Notes: a model not told the origin generated them from the sequence alone. 63,532 nucleotides of DNA, filler included, from Hyphochytrium catenoides (GCA_900088475.1; 10 parts of 10 records of this genome joined end to end with filler, not necessarily neighbours in it); one strand, 5' to 3'. Positions 25,949 through 39,581 are shown, counted from the whole stretch's first letter. Numbers and translations are program-made.

Positions 25949-28900
25949 TTCTTTCTCTCTCTTTCTCTCTCTTCTATGTGGCACCCCACGGCGCACAGAA
26001 CACCATGACAGAGCTGGAGCTAGCCATCGGAGAGGCCGAGGTAAGTTTCTTCTATCTTCTTCAACATCTTCACCACCTCTCCCTAACCTGTCCGTCTGTA
26101 AGAAGAGCCTTTATCTGCCTCTTCCCTGTCCAGACATATCATCCTCTTGGCCATCTATCCTTCTGCTTCTCTTACGACTCCTTTTTACTTCCAAGGCCTC
26201 TCCGCTTTGTGCTGTCTCTCTGCTAGTCTCCGCTATTGTTCTCTTTCGTTCTCTCTCTCACTCACTCTTCCAAACGAACGTCTCTGCTCTGTCTGGCAGG
26301 AGTGCCTGATTGCCCCGTTAGGAGAGCGCGTCCCAATTCACTTTCACCCCTCAGACATAGTAAGTGCGTGGGAGAGTAGATGGGGAAACAAGGGCGCGGA
26401 GATGTCAGGGAAAGGGCTGAGGGCCCGGTTCTTCTTTTAGAGCGAGAAATTGGCCTAACATAGAATGCTTCCGAGTTAAAAGTGTCCAGCAGAGGAGGAA
26501 CGACACAGGAAGAAGAGAGAACGCGAGAAAGGAAAAGGAGGAATATAGAGAAGGGGCAGAAAGAGAGTGAGAGAGAGAGAGGAAGGGAGGGAGAGAGAGA
26601 GAGAGACATAGGGAGAGAGAGAGAGAGACATAGGGAGAGAGGGAGANNNNNNNNNNNNNNNNNNNNNNNATCCGCATCATCTGTCAGGATCCTCGAGTCC
26701 CTCTCCCTCCAGCTTTTGAAGAAGAAAAAGATAGCGATGAAGGAGAGAACGAGGAGGAGGAGGAGAAGGAGGAAGAAGAGGAGGAAGAAAGTGAGGCAGA
26801 CGAATCGGAAGAGGAGAAGCCCCAGAAAGTAAAGGGGAAAAAGATAGTTAGCAAGAAAGCGAAGACGCCACAGAAAGCAGGAAAGAAGAAATCCAAGAGA
26901 GGAAAGGATGAAGAAGAAGACTCGGACCGAGATAAGAAGAAGAAAAAAAGAAAGAAAGAGAAGAGTGAATCAAAATCGACTACCAAGGACAAAAAGAAGA
27001 GGGAAAGCACATCTTCCAAAAAGCAGCAAGGTCTTTGTCAACTCTTACCTTCGCCTCTCTCTTGCCCTTTCGCTGCCCCAGACGCTATTAGTTGTGCTCC
27101 TTCACGTGACTTCAATTTCTATCTTTGCTTCTCTTTTTCCTCTGAGTGGTGCTGATATCCCATTTTGCTTCGCTTTTGCCTGTCAGCGAGTACACCTCGA
27201 CAGTCCACAAAGAAAGAGGAACCTGCCCCTTCGCCTGCTGCCTCTCCGGATGCGGCGCCACAGAAGGAAAAAGAGGGGGAAGAGAAACAAGCGCCGGAGG
27301 ACGTCAAGGTGGAACTGAAAACGAGTAAAGAGAGCCCCCGCCAGACACCTCCTCCTCCACAAGCCAGAAGTAAGGAGGAGGACGCTCCTAAGGAGATGCC
27401 GGTAAAGAAGGAGGAGCCCATCCCTAAGGAGAAGATGGAGGTTGCGAAGGAGCTTTCACAGGGCAAGAAGACTCAAGAGGAGAGAGAGCCCAGCAAGGCT
27501 GGAGGAGAGATGGGCGATGAAGATCTGCGGAAGCGCATTAGCCAGACAATTCGCAGTATTATTCAGCAAACGCCTGACATCACAAAGATAACTCTTGGAC
27601 AGGTCGGACAACTAATTGCAATCATCAAGTTGGCAGCAATCTCTCTATCCAGAGCTTACATTTAGTGCTCCAGCAACGGTCCCCTCTATATTCTTCGCCG
27701 TCCTCTTTCTGCCAGGGCTTCGTGCCCGTCACTTTCTGATCTGACCCTTCAGTGGCTAGGCATCGCTCTTTCTTATAGTCATCACTCTGCTGCTTCTCTC
27801 TTTTTGCAGTTGCGTAAGGAAGTGGAGAAGACTCTAGGCATGGAACTAACAAAGCACAAGGATGTTATTAAGCAAGAAGCCACACAGCACATTAGAGAGA
27901 GAGCACAGCAGCAGCAGTCAGAAGAACAAGGCAGGAAGGTGGAAGAGAACAACGAAGAAGAAAAGGTTAAAGTGCGGGCACCGGCGAAGGAGGCAGCCAG
28001 CGGTCAGGCACCTGGTATGTCATAGTTAGTGTTTCTGCTCTTGGCGGCTCAGCCGTAGTCCTTATTTCCTCTCTCCCCGCTTGCTGTGTGTCTCTCGTTG
28101 TTGTCACTGTCTCCCTTCCTTCCCTCTCCCATCGCTCTCTTCTCTGTCTCTCTCTCTCTTTCAGTGGTCACGCGTGTGTCCTTTCTCCCCTCTGTCACTC
28201 CGCTTCTCCTTCTCCTGCTGCCTTTCTCTTTCATCTGCTCTGTGTCTGTCCCAAGGGTCTGTCTTATGATCTTCCATGTGCCCGATGACCTTCCCTTATT
28301 CTTCGTAAGTCTGTCTATATCAGACCGGTTATCCCCTCCTAGTCCACTCTTTTCAGTGTATCCTTTGGAGTTATTCACATTATATCCTGCATTACTGTTG
28401 ACCTTCAAGCCGAGCGGCAGCCATCGCCCAGGTCACCAAAACAGAGTGGAACTGGGAGCTCTCCACCTCGTGCGCCGCCACCCAGTGACAGTAAGAAGCG
28501 GGAGAGAGGAGAGGGGAGCAAACCGGAGGAGAAAGGGGAAAGCCAAGAATCAAAGAGAGAAAGTAGAACAGAAGAAAAGAGGGACGAGGAGAGGCCACCA
28601 GCGGCTTCAAAGTCGTTGGAAAGAGCAGAAGATGAGCAGGACCCTTCCAAGAGCTCTGGAGAGCCAATGGAGGAACACCTCCCTCCGAAGAAAAGAATGA
28701 AGATCCGAAGAGACGGCTCCACAACTTTTGAGCCTGAAGTCCAGACTTCTAAAGGTGAGCTCCGAAATGAGGATGGTGACTCAAGGTTGGGTCCAGAGTG
28801 AGTTTGCTGGAAGAGGAGAGAGAAATAGTAGAAGAGAGGCACTGAAGCCACTAAGACTGCTTTCTGACGGGCAAAGAATTTATGGGAGAGACGAAAGATA

Positions 28901-29764
28901 GAGAGATCTGCCCTGGAAGGCACAAAGGGTATGTTTGCAATCTATAGGCAACCTGGCTAGACCTGGAGCCAATGGAGAAAGAAGTCAGTCATGGCGTGGC
29001 CTCCGTGCTCAGACTGTCATTGGAACCTTAATCTCTAATCTCTCTTTCCCCTTAATATTTGCCTTTTTTTCCAATCTCTGGTTCTCTAGAGCCGGGCCCA
29101 ACCGAGGCCATTGCGGAACAGCAGCCATTCCTCTCTGCCGATAAGCCCGCCGCTGACTGCCTGACAGCCATCAAGAGATTAAGTGAGGTCCGTGATATCC
29201 CTTTACTTTCTCTTCTTGGTCCCCTGGAACGAGCTGCTCATATAGTTCCCCTTCTCTTTGTGTCTTCTCTTGTCTTGCCGGCTGCCATCATACGACCTGG
29301 CCGCCGCGGTAGGTGGATGTGACAGTGGAGTTGTTAAGAGATACAAAGGTGACAGCAGACCTGAAGGCACTCAGCAAAAGTCACCCGTAAGTTGCAATGT
29401 CTCCCCCGAGAAACACTGCCACCACCTTCCTGCGCGACCTATTGTCCTCTTTCTATGTCTTTATCTCTTCACTGACAGCCCCAGCCCGTCTGACAATCGC
29501 CACCATGTGCACGTTATAGGAGCGAAAGTGTCAAGAGAGAAGCGAAGGCCCTTCTCAAGACGTGGAAGGACAAACTGACCGCATAAAATGCTTGTTATCC
29601 ACTCCTTAGGCTCCGCCGTCCTAATCCTGTGCAGCTTCGCTCTGAACTATTTATGAGCTCTTTTATGCCTGGCCGAGGCGTGTGCAGATGGTAGAATATA
29701 AACAGTATATGCAGGCCCGTCAGTTGAAGGCTGAGGCCGTCGGCTCCATGTTTGAATCCATCTA
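24738..29764 (+). CDS. Chromatin protein: N-terminal PWWP, acidic/lysine-rich linker, DEK-C domain and a possible C-terminal TFIIS-N (Med26/IBD-like) domain; 3' end approximate
   Basis: PWWP: MSDTDPTGPGNVVWVLLEG|YPWWPAFV..RLVYFFFSHD. DEK-C-like: DEDLRKRISQTIRSIIQQTPDITKITLGQ|LRKEVEKTLGMELTKHKDVIKQ. TFIIS-N-like: DCLTAIKRLSE|VDVTVELLRDTK. Confidence 0.8.
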
Positions 29765-30312
29765 GCTCCTCTGCACTCTCAATAGATCTAAACTTTTTAA
29801 GACGTATGAGAGACAAAGATCACTTGCCTCATCCTCGGCCCCAGAAAAATCTACTCGCCACTAACTCTTGAAAGACCTAGATACTTTCTTCGCTTACGAC
29901 ATGCGATGACTACCATCGCCCTGACATACATACTCCCTGGAACCTATGAGAACCTTGAGAGCTGAGCATCTTCGTCCCGCTCCTCGAGGCCTTACACCGT
30001 CAGACAAGGGAAGCCAAGACTCATCTCTTTCTCTGTCTGGAAGATCTGGCGCAGACTCCGTTTCTTCCTCGCCTGAGCTCTGAGGTTTCTCTTCCACTTT
30101 TTCAAGTTTTGAAACTTCAAAGCCTTCGCGGGGCTTGGGGAAAGTTCTTGAAATGTTTCATGAAACGTGAAGGATTGAGAGGAATCTTAGGGTTTAGTGG
30201 GTACAAGCTTTTNNNNNNNNNNNNNNNNNNNNNNNNNNNNNNNNNNNNNNNNNNNNTTAATTAATTAANNNNNNNNNNNNNNNNNNNNNNNNNNNNNNNN
30301 NNNNNNNNNNNN

Positions 30313-33300
30313 TCAGCCGATTGACTCTCTCTTCCATCCCTTTTAGACTCCGTGCCAACGCAGTATCAAGGGAACTGCCTGCTTCTTGTTCTTCGTCCTT
30401 CCCATGTTTGTCATCCTCTTTGCGACCTTCTAAAGAAGCATAAGTGGGAGGTTGTTCCTCCAGAGAATGTAGGAGGTCATCCTCAGCGTCCTCTTCCATG
30501 TCTCTTATCACTTTGCTTTGATGAGCCAAGAAAGAGGGGGAAGGAGTACTAGCTTGAGGAGAGACATCTTTCGCCTGAACTTTATCTGTCGTTTCCTCAG
30601 AATCAAAGCTCTCTTCGTAACCTTCTGATTCTTCAATGGTTGTCCTTGAAAGAGGGGGAGGGGAGGAGAGAGAGGTGGACACTAGAGGAAGAGGAAGTGT
30701 AGAAGAGAGAACGGGAGGAGACGAAGAGACAACTGTTTCCGTCACGTTGTTGGAAGTCTCAAAGTCCCCGCTATAAACTATTTCTTCGGAAGCCGTGGAG
30801 TCCCTTCTCTCTCGGGTTCGGAAGCTGACAGCTTCTGCTTCTTGTACAGGTTGTTCTGATATATCTTCCTCTGCCTCAACAGCATCGACTGGAGGAGGTT
30901 GCGGGGGAGTCTCGATCGGTAAAGCTGTTGATGCTTCAAAGTCTCCACTATAGGCCACCTCTGAGCTTGACGAGTTCCCTCTAGCTCTTGACGGATCCGG
31001 TGGTGAGGAAGAGAGCTTCTTTTCTGCCATCTCTTCAATGAAGACTCCCACCTCCTCCCTGTCCTCAAACCACTTCCCGCCTTGATTGACGGGCGCCACA
31101 GTGTCAGCGATATAGGTCGACGTATCTTCTGGAACCTCGCTGGCCTCAAGGGCAGATTGAGGCAAAGGAAGAGAGCGCGGTAGCGGAGCGTCGCGGTTCA
31201 TAAGAATATCTTCTTCCTCTGCTTCCTCTGTTTCCTCGTCGCGGCTCTCATTCTCTTCACGTGCTTTCATCTCAAGACTCATCTCAGTGGCCGTCTTACT
31301 TTCTGCATAGAAAGAGGCTTCGTAGTTATCGCTCACTTCCCAACCTACCCCATCTTCTCTCCCCTTATCCTCTGCCACAGCAGGGGCAGCGGCCACGACG
31401 ATATCTGCCTGGAGACGTTTCACGGTGTCCTCTTCCTGTTCTGTCTTGCTCTTCACTTGCTGCTCAGCGTAGTTCTAAGAAGGAGCAGTGAAGTAAAACG
31501 GAACATGAGCATATTGGATACTCACGGAGGAGACTTCATCTGGCAGGCAACCACAGTGCGAGGACTATGAGGGGACGATAGAGAGACTGTGGTCCATAAA
31601 CTAGGTAGCGCGAAAGGCACGAGAGAGGGAATAGGAGGAGTGAGTAAAGAGTGAGAGAGAGAGGGAGGTAACTGTTGAGCTTAACCGACCACCAGCAAAG
31701 AGTCACGTTTGCGGATGACATTCACAGAGAAGGCTAGAAAGAAAGGACGATGTACCTCTTCCTCTCGGACTGAGGTCCCGGAAGGAAACGAATCAGAATA
31801 TTCCTCGCCCTTCTGAGAGACAGACAGAGAAAACTCCTCTACTACCGCGGCCATCTCCTCTTGCTTCACTCTGTGTGATGATGTCATATCTCCTTTTTCG
31901 TCCTCAACGCTATCGCTCTCCTCCTCCGCTTCCAGTCGCCGACTGTTGTCTAGCAGAGGCTCTCTACCAGTCTATACAGAGATCAGTTTAGCCGTGACGA
32001 GGGACGGGTGACGGGTGAGCAGTCTCATAGAATAGAAAAAACCTGGCTCCTTCCCGTTACGAAGCTGACCTTACCTGGATTGCCATGTGACCAGCTTCTT
32101 CGACGAGCTGTTGCTCTTCTTGACCTCCCATCACCTGACCACTTCTATCTGGTTTCCTTGTTAAGCTCCCTTCGCTCTCTATATTCTTCTTAGAGAAGGG
32201 AGAGACCGTCAGCGAAGAAGAGAAGGAGATTCCTTCCAGGAGCTCAGCAATCTGCCGCTGGAGTTCTTCCACATCAGAGCAGTCAGCTAGGTTTTCTGAC
32301 GACAGCTACAAAGTGACGGTTAGTTGCAGAAGAAATAACGATCAAGAAGGCGAGAAGAGGGGTAGAGAACAGCAGCAAAGTAACGATCAGAAATTGGCGT
32401 GGAAGGGACATTATATAACCTCCTACAGAACTAATGCAAAGCACAAGTCAATCATAACAGCCGTTCCTAGTGGTGAGAATAGAGTCAAAGCTGGAGACCA
32501 TGGCCCATTGACAGAAGATCTACAGGCTGGAAAGAGCAGACGGACACCTCAGATAAAAATTCGCCGCCTTAGAGAGTCCAATGACAAGGTAAAGGAAGAA
32601 GTCTCCCTACCACTTTCTCCTGGAAGTCGACTATTTCGTGCATGAGCCTGGCTTTGACCTTCGCTTTGTCCAGCTCCAGTGCCGACAGTTTGGACCGCAA
32701 CGAGAGAGAAAGAGGAGAAAGGGGAACCTACCAGCAGCCGTTAGCAAGATTGGAGGGCTACAGAAAATGAGGTACGATAGAGAAGAAAGAGCCAAGAATG
32801 CCAGAAGCGAACAAAGAATGCTGGGAAAGAGAGTGAATAAACGACAAGAGAGGAGACTCTTTTGAGGAAGGGTAGTGAATCGGATATTAAGGACTGCGGG
32901 AAGTAATGTAGGCATTTGCAGCGTAGGATTTTTTGGCAGCGTCACTCAATGTCTCACCTGTCTTTCCTGCTTATCTCTCTCAACTCTTCGTCTCTCTTCT
33001 GCCCTATAGATCTGCATCAATGCTTGGGCTTTCAAGTCGATTACTGACTCTTCAAATCTCGCTTTTTCTGTCAGGTTAGTGAGCAGGCCCGTGAGGGTTC
33101 GCAGAGAGAAAGCATTCTCTTGGGTCTCAATATGTTTCCTCTCCCTCTCTTGCCCAAGTTCCTCGTCTGCCTTAAAGGGTGGGACTCGCGGGACAGGGGT
33201 TTCCCTCAAAATATCCTCGTAAGGGTTATCTTTTCTCTCCTGCTGCTCTTCCCTCCTGTCCTGGTCTTTAGAGTGCGAAAGCCCGGCCTGAGAGACTTCT

Positions 33301-36300
33301 TGTTCCTCTTCCGCAATGCTTGGAGTGCTTGATAATCCTTCTTTCCCATAACTTTCTGCTATCCGCTCTTCCTCCACGTGTTCCTGTCCTTGCCGAGAAA
33401 GCGATGACTCATAGTCTTCAGAGTAGTACTCCTCCTCTTCTTCTATTTCCATCTTCGGATTAATGACTGGAGCCGGTAGAGCAATAGAAGGAGGCAGTTC
33501 GTCCTGAATCTCAGCNNNNNNNNNNNNNNNNNNNNNNNNNNNNNNNNNNCTGTTCCTCTTCCTTGGTCCCTAGGAAATTTGGAGTTCCCTCTAGCCTCTC
33601 ACGGGTAAAAGCTTCAGATTCTAAGCCTGGAACCTTGTCTGTAGCAGCTCTTGCTCCTTTCTCTTGGCTCGTCTGTTCGAAGTCATCTGACGTGTAGGCT
33701 GCGCCTGACTCCTCATCAGCAGAATTAGTCTGTGTCGGATCGTTTCTTCTTCCTATTTCGCTTAGCATCTCCCTCGAGGTGTCAAAGACAGACGCAACTG
33801 TCGGAGGAAGAGGGAGATTGGCTTCCGGTGGGGGAAGAGTGGGGGACGATTGCTCTAGAGGTCGTCTAACTGTCCCTGACAGCTCAGGAAGCGAATCTAA
33901 GGGATAAGAAGAGTATACAGGGACAGCATCAGGACTGGAGGATAGCGGGAGAAACTCTGTCTGGCATGAGGAAGTCCTAGCATCAGGCCTTGATTCCGCC
34001 AGCGTAAAGGTATCCACTACTAACCGTGCCTCCGTTGCTGCAGTTTCCCCAGTCACGGGTAAGGAAAGAGAAGGTGTCAGCGGGCTTAGAAAGAGTGACG
34101 GACCACAGCGAGGATGGGAGAAAGCGACATGGCAGGGCGAGAGGCAGAGGAGGCGGAACTCGCTATTGCGAATGACGGAGAAAGGACTGAGACTCTACCT
34201 TGTGAGAACCTTTGGGGTTGCTCCGTCTGTATAGCCGTTTCTTTCTTCGCGTTCTGTCTCTTGTGAAGCTGAAGCGCTGCGTGTAGGGTTTGTAACTCCT
34301 CTTCCTCTTTCGCCTCCTGGTCCTCATCCTCACTGTCAACGCTTTGTTGCATGGCAAGAGAGATCTCCCTCGCTGCAGCTTCCATCTCCTGACGTCTTAA
34401 CTGAAGAGCAACATACAAGAGGAACACAGTGGACGGAGGAGAGACAGATTTAGCGGCTTCTTTCAGACTAATGAGAACGAAATAAAAGCCTTCTGATCAC
34501 GAAAGAAGAGACAAGGTGCTCAGAAATAAGTGTGAGAAGAGTCTTGCAGGCATACCTCTTCTTGCATGAGTATCTCCTGGGCTCTCTGCATGATGTCCTC
34601 CTCAGCCTCTTCTCTCTCCTCCACCTCGACTTGTCTTTTTTTCTCCTCTAATCTAACCTCCTCTTCTCTATTTCTCGAGCGCTCTTCCTCATGCCGCTGA
34701 GAGTGGAGAGCCTTTGTTCTTTCTAGCGCGGCAAGTTTGAGCTCAGAGTTGTGGAGAACCTCCTGCATCTGGACCTGTGGAAGATACGAAAGCGTAGGAG
34801 GGTTAGTGCCGGTAAACTAGCATGGCCATAGGAGGTAGTGCTGTGAATTCAGAGTAGGGAGAGGACGATTAGATCAGTGTTCCATGCCCGCTCCACTTCA
34901 GCGAGAAAGAGACCTCCAAGAACACCGAAGAACAACAAATAGGTCAGAAAAAAATTGAGGGAGAGACACTGAGAAGGAGCGAGATATGGACAGCGAGAGA
35001 GAGAAGCAAGCCCGCGGACCTCCGCTATTAGTTTCCTTTGGAGAGTCCCAGGAGAGAGCTGTCCTCTGTCTCTCCAAGAAGGCTGAAGAATAACGGTGGG
35101 ATGGTCCAGAGGGGACAAGGAATCATCAAGTCCGCTAAAGTCCTCTGCTTCTGATTGCTTAACCTCTTCCACGGCAGAAGAAAAGGTTTGCATCATTTTG
35201 TGAACGCCCTTGCCATCCTTTTCCTCTTCGATCTCCATCAAGGTAGATGAGGCGGGAATGGGCACCGGAGGGGTTCCTTGAGCTTCAATGACCGGGGACC
35301 TTCCCATTACCTTTTTTTCTTCAGCAGAAGACCTCCAAGGTGCGGCAGCAGGAAGAGAAGACAATAAATGAGAAGGAGAAGTGTAAGACAGGTCCGCGTG
35401 TGCTTCCGGATGGTGAGCAGGAGAGGGAGAGGGCAATTTTGCTGGAGGGGTAGCTGTTGATTGTGGTCGATCCAGCACTCCCTCGCGCATCTCAGTGTCG
35501 ATTTTTGTCCTTGAGCTATCGCCAGGGTAAAAGATGGCATCTTTCTTCTCTTTCATCTCTCTTGGGCCGCCAGGCTCCAATCTTTCTTTTCGTCGCTTCC
35601 CTACTGCCTCTTTGGCAAGAAGATCCAAAAGGCTATGGCCATCTCTTACTTCAACATACGAGGGCCGCCCACGCGCAGGGAGCTTAAGGGGCTTGCCCAA
35701 AGACGATGGGATCTTTGAATTTGACCGATCTCGTAGAAAGGATTGCCCCTCGTCAAAGGAATAAATAGAAGAGGGTCGAATTTTGTCATAGCTGTAGTTA
35801 GCCTGAGAAGCAGACATAGAGAGGGAATATGTCCCTGCCGTCGGAGAAGGTGCCTGCTTCCTATTAAGACGCATTCCAGATGATTGAGCTTTTCTCTCTT
35901 CAAGAGGTACTTCGGCCTCGAATGTACTGAGAGGCATAGCATCGCTGTGGTGTCTTTCTTCTCTTCTTTCGCCTGCTGTTGAGCTCCCAGTTTGGTTAGG
36001 TATTGCCTCTGTCGCTACCTCTTCACGGCTGGAGGTAGCAACTGTGTCTCCATGGGCGGACTTCACTGCTCTCGAGAGCTTAGATACACCGATAGACATA
36101 GGAGAGAGATCCACTTCTAGGTCATGCTCGTCATTATTCGCCAAGTCATCTAGCCTCCCTCTGTGCATTTCCATGGACCCCTGGATCACATTGCTATCTT
36201 CCCAAGACGTCATACTAAAGTTGAGCGTCTGGGAGTGCTGAACAGTATCAGGGGCGCCTCTATAGAAAGCTTTTTCTTCCTGCGCATCTTCCTGCACTCT

Positions 36301-36511
36301 CTCGGGACCACCAATCTTGTCAGAGATGCCATTCTCTCGTTCTTGTCTGACTGCGGAGGAAGTGGAAGGTGATACTGAGAGATTAAGGCTTTGAAGAGAG
36401 GAACGGGAAGCGGAGAGAGAAGACTGCATGAGACTCTCTACTCGCTGATTTAGGGATGCCAGAAGTGCGCAGACGTTTGAAAGCTTCTCTCTCTCCTCCG
36501 GAGGGAGCCTG
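30313..36511 (-). CDS. Large acidic, Ser/Glu-rich coiled-coil protein, tentatively CEP350-like; both ends truncated by contig ends
   Basis: Long exons on one strand (34849-36429, 33511-34056, 32946-33452, 30313-31456). The blocks QLSPGTLQRKLIAE|VQMQEVLHNSELKLAALERTKAL and EKARFEESVIDLKAQAL resemble CEP350 helices as I recall them. Repeated Y-S-x-D-F-E motifs are present. Gene existence is well supported; the family call is weak. Confidence 0.55.
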
Positions 36512-36855
36512 NNNNNNNNNNNNNNNNNNNNNNNNNNNNNNNNNNNNNNNNNNNNTTAATTAATTAANNNNNNNNNNNNNNNNNNNNNNNNNNNNNNNNN
36601 NNNNNNNNNNNTCTCTCTCTCTTTCTTCTTCTCTCTCGCTCATTCCCTCTCTCTCTCTCTCTCCTCTCTCCCCTTCTCTTCTGTGAAGTGGGCTGGCCGT
36701 AGCCTTGTTCCTTTCTATTGGGACCCTCTCTCTCTCCTCGTTTCTCTCTTCCAGCTCCTTCTTGCTGTTTCTCTCTTTCATGACACTTTCTCTCTCTCTC
36801 TCTCTTTCCCCTCTTGCCTACTCTCTCTGCTACTCCTCTCTCTCTATTTATACAG

Positions 36856-36910
36856 GTTAGCCAACGCAGCCAAGGGCTAGGAACCACGCCGCTTATTGCC
36901 GCGACCAAGT

Positions 36911-36945
<35 letters not shown>

Positions 36946-37088
36946 CCTCCCCTTCCGCTTCCACTGTTTGCCTTGTTGTCTTCCCTTGTTGTTCTCTCTC
37001 TTCCTTCTTCTCTCTCTCTCTCACCCTATACCTGTCGACTCTTTTTACTCCTCTTCGTGGCTCTCTCTCCACTGTCGAAATGTCTTTA

Positions 37089-37131
<43 letters not shown>

Positions 37132-37145
37132 TGCTCTTTCTCTTG

Positions 37146-37178
<33 letters not shown>

Positions 37179-37381
37179 TCCTTCTTTCCTTCTCTCTCGG
37201 TGTTGTCGCTTTCCTTTCCTTGTCCTAGAAATGGGTGGAAAGACATCTGCGAGCTTCTTCTGAGCTGTGGAGCAAATCCACTGCAAAAGGTAAGAGAGAA
37301 GAGAAGTGGACAACATAATAAAACGGATCTGAGAAGGAGAGAGAGACTGAGAGAGAAAGAGAAACAGTGATAGAGAGGTGA

Positions 37382-37417
<36 letters not shown>

Positions 37418-37563
37418 TGACTACGTGCGTGTGCGATCAGGAGGAAGGGAGAGACAGAAGAGGGAAGAAAAGGGGTCTTTCTAAGCAACTTCAGGAGGAA
37501 AGTCGTGCTTTAGGAGAATGTCTAGTCTTACTTCCCTTACTGAACTCTCTCTCTCTCTCCCTG

Positions 37564-37600
<37 letters not shown>

Positions 37601-38815
37601 TTCTCTCTTTCTCTCTCACATACACACACACCTCTCGCGCTGCATCTCCTTTTCTCCCTCTTTCTCTCCCCTTTCTTCTCTCTCTCTGCCTCTTCTTCTT
37701 CCCTTCCTTGCGCACTCTCTCTCTCCTCTCTTTGTCTTGCTTTCATTAGGACTCTGAGGGCCGAACTGCTTTCTTCTATGCCTGGGAGAGAGAGAAAGAA
37801 GACATCCAGAAAATGCTCAAGATTGCGACTTCTGCCTGGGAGAAAGAGAGAGCGGAGAGAAGAGAAAAAGAAGAAAAGATAGAGAGAGACAATGAGGCCT
37901 CTCTCCCCTCTTTTAAGATCACTAGCCCCGTCTCTCCTTCTGCCAGAAGAGACAGAGCAGCTAGCAGCAGTCAAGAGAAAGAGAATCCCGAAGTCGGTCT
38001 CTCTCCTTCAAAAAAGAGTAAATTAGCCCTAGTGGGAAAAGGGAGAAGAGATATAGAAGAGAAAGAGAGAGAAGAAGAAGAAGAAGAGAAGAGAGACGTT
38101 GATGTCTCTTCTGCAGCAATGAAGTTCTGTGGTTGGGGCTGTGGGAGAAGGTTCCCACCTCGCGCGGAGCGCCTAGTATCTCTCCCCACATCATCAGGAG
38201 AAGAAAGAGAAGAAAGAGAGAAAGACAGCAATGATATGAAGAGACAAGAAAAAAAGAGAGAGGAAAGACTGGCTGCCAAAGGAAAAGGAACAGGAGGAGA
38301 GAGAGAGAAAGAAGAGACAGAAATCAAAGTGTGGAGGTTCTATTCTCCTCTGTCAGGTGAGAGCAGCTGTCTCTACCTTGACTCTCTCCTTCTCCTCTCT
38401 TCTCTACCACCTACTCGTGGAACAAGGGTGGCCCCTCATCCGCTCTCTCTCTCTTCTGTTTCTCTCTTTCTTCTCTTTTTCTCTCTATGTTTCTTTCTCC
38501 CACTCCCCTGTCTCTCTCTCCCGCTCGCTCGCCCTCTTCCCTCTCATTCTATCTCTGGTCTATCTTCCAACCTGCATTCACTCTTATCGTGGTGCTTCAC
38601 GTCTCGTCGTCGCTGTCTCTCTCTCTCCCTTGCTCATCATTCCCGTCTCCTCCCTCTCTTCTCCCCTGATTGGTCTCTCCACTCAACCTCTCTTTCTCGT
38701 CTCCTCCACTATTTCTTTCTCGCATTGTCCCTCTCTGCTTCTCTAAATCTCTCTTCCTCGTTCGGTCTCTCTTGCTCCCTGTTAATCTCTCTCTTTCGCT
38801 CTCTCTCTCTCTCTT

Positions 38816-38887
<72 letters not shown>

Positions 38888-39542
38888 CTCCCTCATTCTA
38901 ATAGAGCATGAAGAGGTCTGTCCCAAGCGCATCATTCCTTGTCACTACAACTGTTCTCTCTCTCCCCTGTGGGCGGGAGAAAAAGAAGAACATGAAGAGA
39001 AAGTCTGTCCTCTCCGCCCCATCCTGTGCCCTCTTGGCTGTTCTCTCTCTCTTCCCAGAGAGAGAATGAAAGAGCACACGGAGAGACAGTGTCCAAAGAG
39101 AAAGGCCGCCTGTTCTTATGGGTGTGGTCTGCAGGCTAGAGGAGATAAAATGGAGGGACNNNNNNNNNNNNNNNNNNNNNNNNNNNNNNNNNNNNNNNNN
39201 NNNNNNNNNNNNNNNNNNNNNNNNNNNNCCCTCTCTCTCTCTGTGTGTCTTTCTTTCGCTTCTCTCTCTCTCTGTTATATCCTTTTTCTCTCTCACACCG
39301 ACACTACTTCTTCTTTTCCTTGCTCATCAGCTGCCTCTCTTACCTGGAAAGATGGCCTTGGCTTCTGTTCGTCTTTGTTAGTTCTTCTCTCTCTCTTTCT
39401 CTCTGTTTGTCTCTCGCTCTCTCACTCTCCCTTTCCCTCTCCCTAGCTGTTCCTTTCTATTTTCCTACCTCAATGTTGCTTTCTCTCTCTTCGTTGGAGC
39501 CCGTTGCGCAGTGCCGCTCCACCTATGTCTCTCTCTCTCTCG

Positions 39543-39581
<39 letters not shown>

